A stretch of 51,535 nucleotides of DNA, taken from the NCBI GenBank assembly GCA_050253075.1, contig JBFWJS010000009.1, forward strand, positions 1-51,535, read 5' to 3'. The translations under genes were made by a program, and so were the position numbers. Below, one piece after another: positions 49,660 to 51,535 of this stretch. Position 1 is the first letter of the stretch, and every line of letters starts with the position of its first letter. The notes under the pieces are model-generated. The model saw only the letters and a program-made list of their open reading frames with translations. It did not search any database and had not been told where the DNA came from. This DNA is from Deferribacterales bacterium. GTDB lineage: Bacteria > Chrysiogenota > Deferribacteres > Deferribacterales > Geovibrionaceae.

Positions 49660-51081
49660 TTATTTCTTTAGAAGATATATCAGCCTGTTATCTTTGATAA
49701 AGTATATGTACTTCATCCTGTAATTTTCATTTTTTCGACCGACAATCACCACACCGCTGTAAACGTCAGTAAGGTGTAGTGAGCCTGTCTGATCAACAGT
49801 TTTTAAAAAATTATCCACTCTGGAAGTCAACGTCCCAGGTAAATTAGCTGGGAGTGAGGAGTCGCCGAGTTTTTTGACGGAATCACCGCACCTGAAGTAA
49901 TTTTCAATTTTGTCAAAAGCATTTGTATCTGTATTCATTGTAACAGCAGCTATCTGGTCACACTGCCCTGCCCTATATATCCAGTGTACTTCTGTAACAT
50001 AATTCATGTCATTTATACTCATAACCGGATTATTTTCAGAAACTGCTAATACGTATTTTTGTTTATAAAGGTCCGCGGCTCCTATCTGTGCCTGAAGCTT
50101 ACTTGCTAGCATCTCATTAAGAGACATATTTGAATTATCAATTGCCTGTGGCACACTGTCTGAGAGCTGGGTTGTATTCAAAACACTCTCTTTTGCATAT
50201 ATTGCATATTTATTGCCGTCTAAATCCTGAAATCTAACAAAAAATGGCTGGGTCTTTGATTTACACTGAAATGTAGCGTCAGTCGGTATCAGTGAATAGA
50301 CTATATCAGACTTATTATATCCTTTTATCGGCGCGGCGAAACCACCGCTACCAGCGCACAGAGCATTCAGATCATACAGGATGCCTAAGTCAGTCTCTAT
50401 ATCAGTAACCTTACTGAATTTCTTAAAATACTCCTGATACATCGCACCGTCTGGCTGAATCCTTACATGTGTTGCTGCCTTGCCGCCTATCAATGCAAAC
50501 TTAGAATCAAGAAAATCCTTCAATGAAACATTTGTATGGTATTTCGCCATCATCTTGGCCTGATTTTCGGAGAGCACTGGTCTGCCAGAGTATGAGCTTT
50601 CAAGCATAATCATTATTTTCGGAGAACCGACTCCGCCCATGCTTGCTTGTGAAGTGCTGTTTGTGACGATGGAACTGATAGAAAAATCTATGCTGCCGCC
50701 TGAGCATTCCCAGTCTCTTGTTGTGTTGTCAACAGGAGCTTCTTTGACTGTCTGCTGACCAGTGAATGAATCTATCACCGTTTGCTTTGCTATCTGCTTA
50801 CCATCGCATATATCTCGTAAGGCCATATTGACTCTCGGAAACCAGTATTCGTCAGTCAGGATGGCCGTTTTAGACTCTGACAGATTGATATATTCCACTG
50901 GATGGCTGGCATATAGGAAATTGACTTTGCCTATACGGGCAATCTTCTCTCTTAGGGTGTTATTGCCTGTTTCTCGCTTTATCTCTGCCTTAGCCGGGAC
51001 ATTTAACTGAACCGCCGCGCCGCCGCAACCAGCGACCACGACCACCACGAGCATGCAAATGAATAATGATTTAATACGCAT
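49660..51081 (-). CDS. Hypothetical lipoprotein
   Basis: Lipobox VVAGC; GGAGG RBS; several Cys residues that could form disulfides. Confidence 0.75.
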   Translation of the reverse strand: MRIKSLFICMLVVVVVAGCGGAAVQLNVPAKAEIKRETGNNTLREKIARIGKVNFLYASHPVEYINLSESKTAILTDEYWFPRVNMALRDICDGKQIAKQTVIDSFTGQQTVKEAPVDNTTRDWECSGGSIDFSISSIVTNSTSQASMGGVGSPKIMIMLESSYSGRPVLSENQAKMMAKYHTNVSLKDFLDSKFALIGGKAATHVRIQPDGAMYQEYFKKFSKVTDIETDLGILYDLNALCAGSGGFAAPIKGYNKSDIVYSLIPTDATFQCKSKTQPFFVRFQDLDGNKYAIYAKESVLNTTQLSDSVPQAIDNSNMSLNEMLASKLQAQIGAADLYKQKYVLAVSENNPVMSINDMNYVTEVHWIYRAGQCDQIAAVTMNTDTNAFDKIENYFRCGDSVKKLGDSSLPANLPGTLTSRVDNFLKTVDQTGSLHLTDVYSGVVIVGRKNENYRMKYIYFIKDNRLIYLLKK

Positions 51082-51207
51082 ATAAACCTCCGAATAATAA
51101 TCTCTAAATTACCAGCAGTGTTTAATTACCTCAAGGAAAATATTTACCTATAGGAAAATGATGAAACAGAGCGACTATCGGATAATTAGAAAACGCGAGG
51201 TTGCAAA

Positions 51208-51438
51208 ATGGAAGATTATCAGGAGTTTCTCAAACGTGTTTCAGGTAATGTGAAGCGTATGCGCATGGAGCACGGCAAAACCACAGAAGAGATCGCAATA
51301 GAAGCTCTTGGCCACAGTTCCACAGCCTTCGTGAACCAGGCCGAAAATCTTAAAAACGGAAAACACTTCAACTTGAAGCACTTGTACCTGCTGGCTAAGT
51401 ATTATGGGTGCAGTGTTGAATCGTTTTTATCCAAGTAG
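51208..51438 (+). CDS. XRE-family HTH regulator
   Basis: NVKRMRMEHGKT.EEIA...NQAEN...HFNLKHLYLLA. Confidence 0.8.
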   Translation: MEDYQEFLKRVSGNVKRMRMEHGKTTEEIAIEALGHSSTAFVNQAENLKNGKHFNLKHLYLLAKYYGCSVESFLSK

Positions 51439-51535
51439 ATTACACACCTTCACGATATAGATATGTTTACAATTTTCGTTATCTAATTTAAAATAATAAA
51501 AAACTAACGATAACTAGGAATTATAAGTGATTATA

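Larger units (their letters stand above)
45560..51535. mobile_element. Second integrated element at tRNA-Pro (continues beyond the window)
   Basis: Integrase and Xis-like genes point toward the tRNA; tandem TTTGTCACA at 45630-45638 and 45641-45649; AT-rich cargo gene. Confidence 0.75.

Overview
Bacterial chromosomal window. Gene content and codon style suggest a Deferribacterota (Denitrovibrio-like) host, which is an inference. (1) Bases 1-17499: an AT-rich integrative island in the 3' end of tRNA-Leu(CAA), bounded by a 15/16-bp direct repeat and GACGGTAT arm-like sites. It carries a P4-like tyrosine integrase, an MmcB-like nuclease-fold gene, AlpA, a complete QatABCD anti-phage system, XRE/HTH regulators, an HD hydrolase, a 22.5-bp-period repeat array, hipBA and several decayed genes. 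It ends in a tandem array of five divergent single-TM genes separated by a conserved 40-41-bp spacer, the most unusual feature of the window. (2) About 17.5-45.5 kb: ordinary core genome with a YgjP-like peptidase, mgsA, two histidine kinases, modABC with two ModE boxes, an acyl-CoA ligase, a CP-ATP-grasp/alpha-E/zincin operon, a DMT transporter, an MCP, pstSCAB with Pho-box-like repeats, hemerythrin, LpxR, a REP/MITE-like intergenic composite and potABCD. (3) From 45511 to the end: tRNA-Pro(GGG) followed by the start of a second integrated element. It has a DUF4365-like gene, an integrase, a Xis-like HTH, a repeat-rich non-coding region, a 37-aa membrane peptide, a lipoprotein and an XRE regulator.
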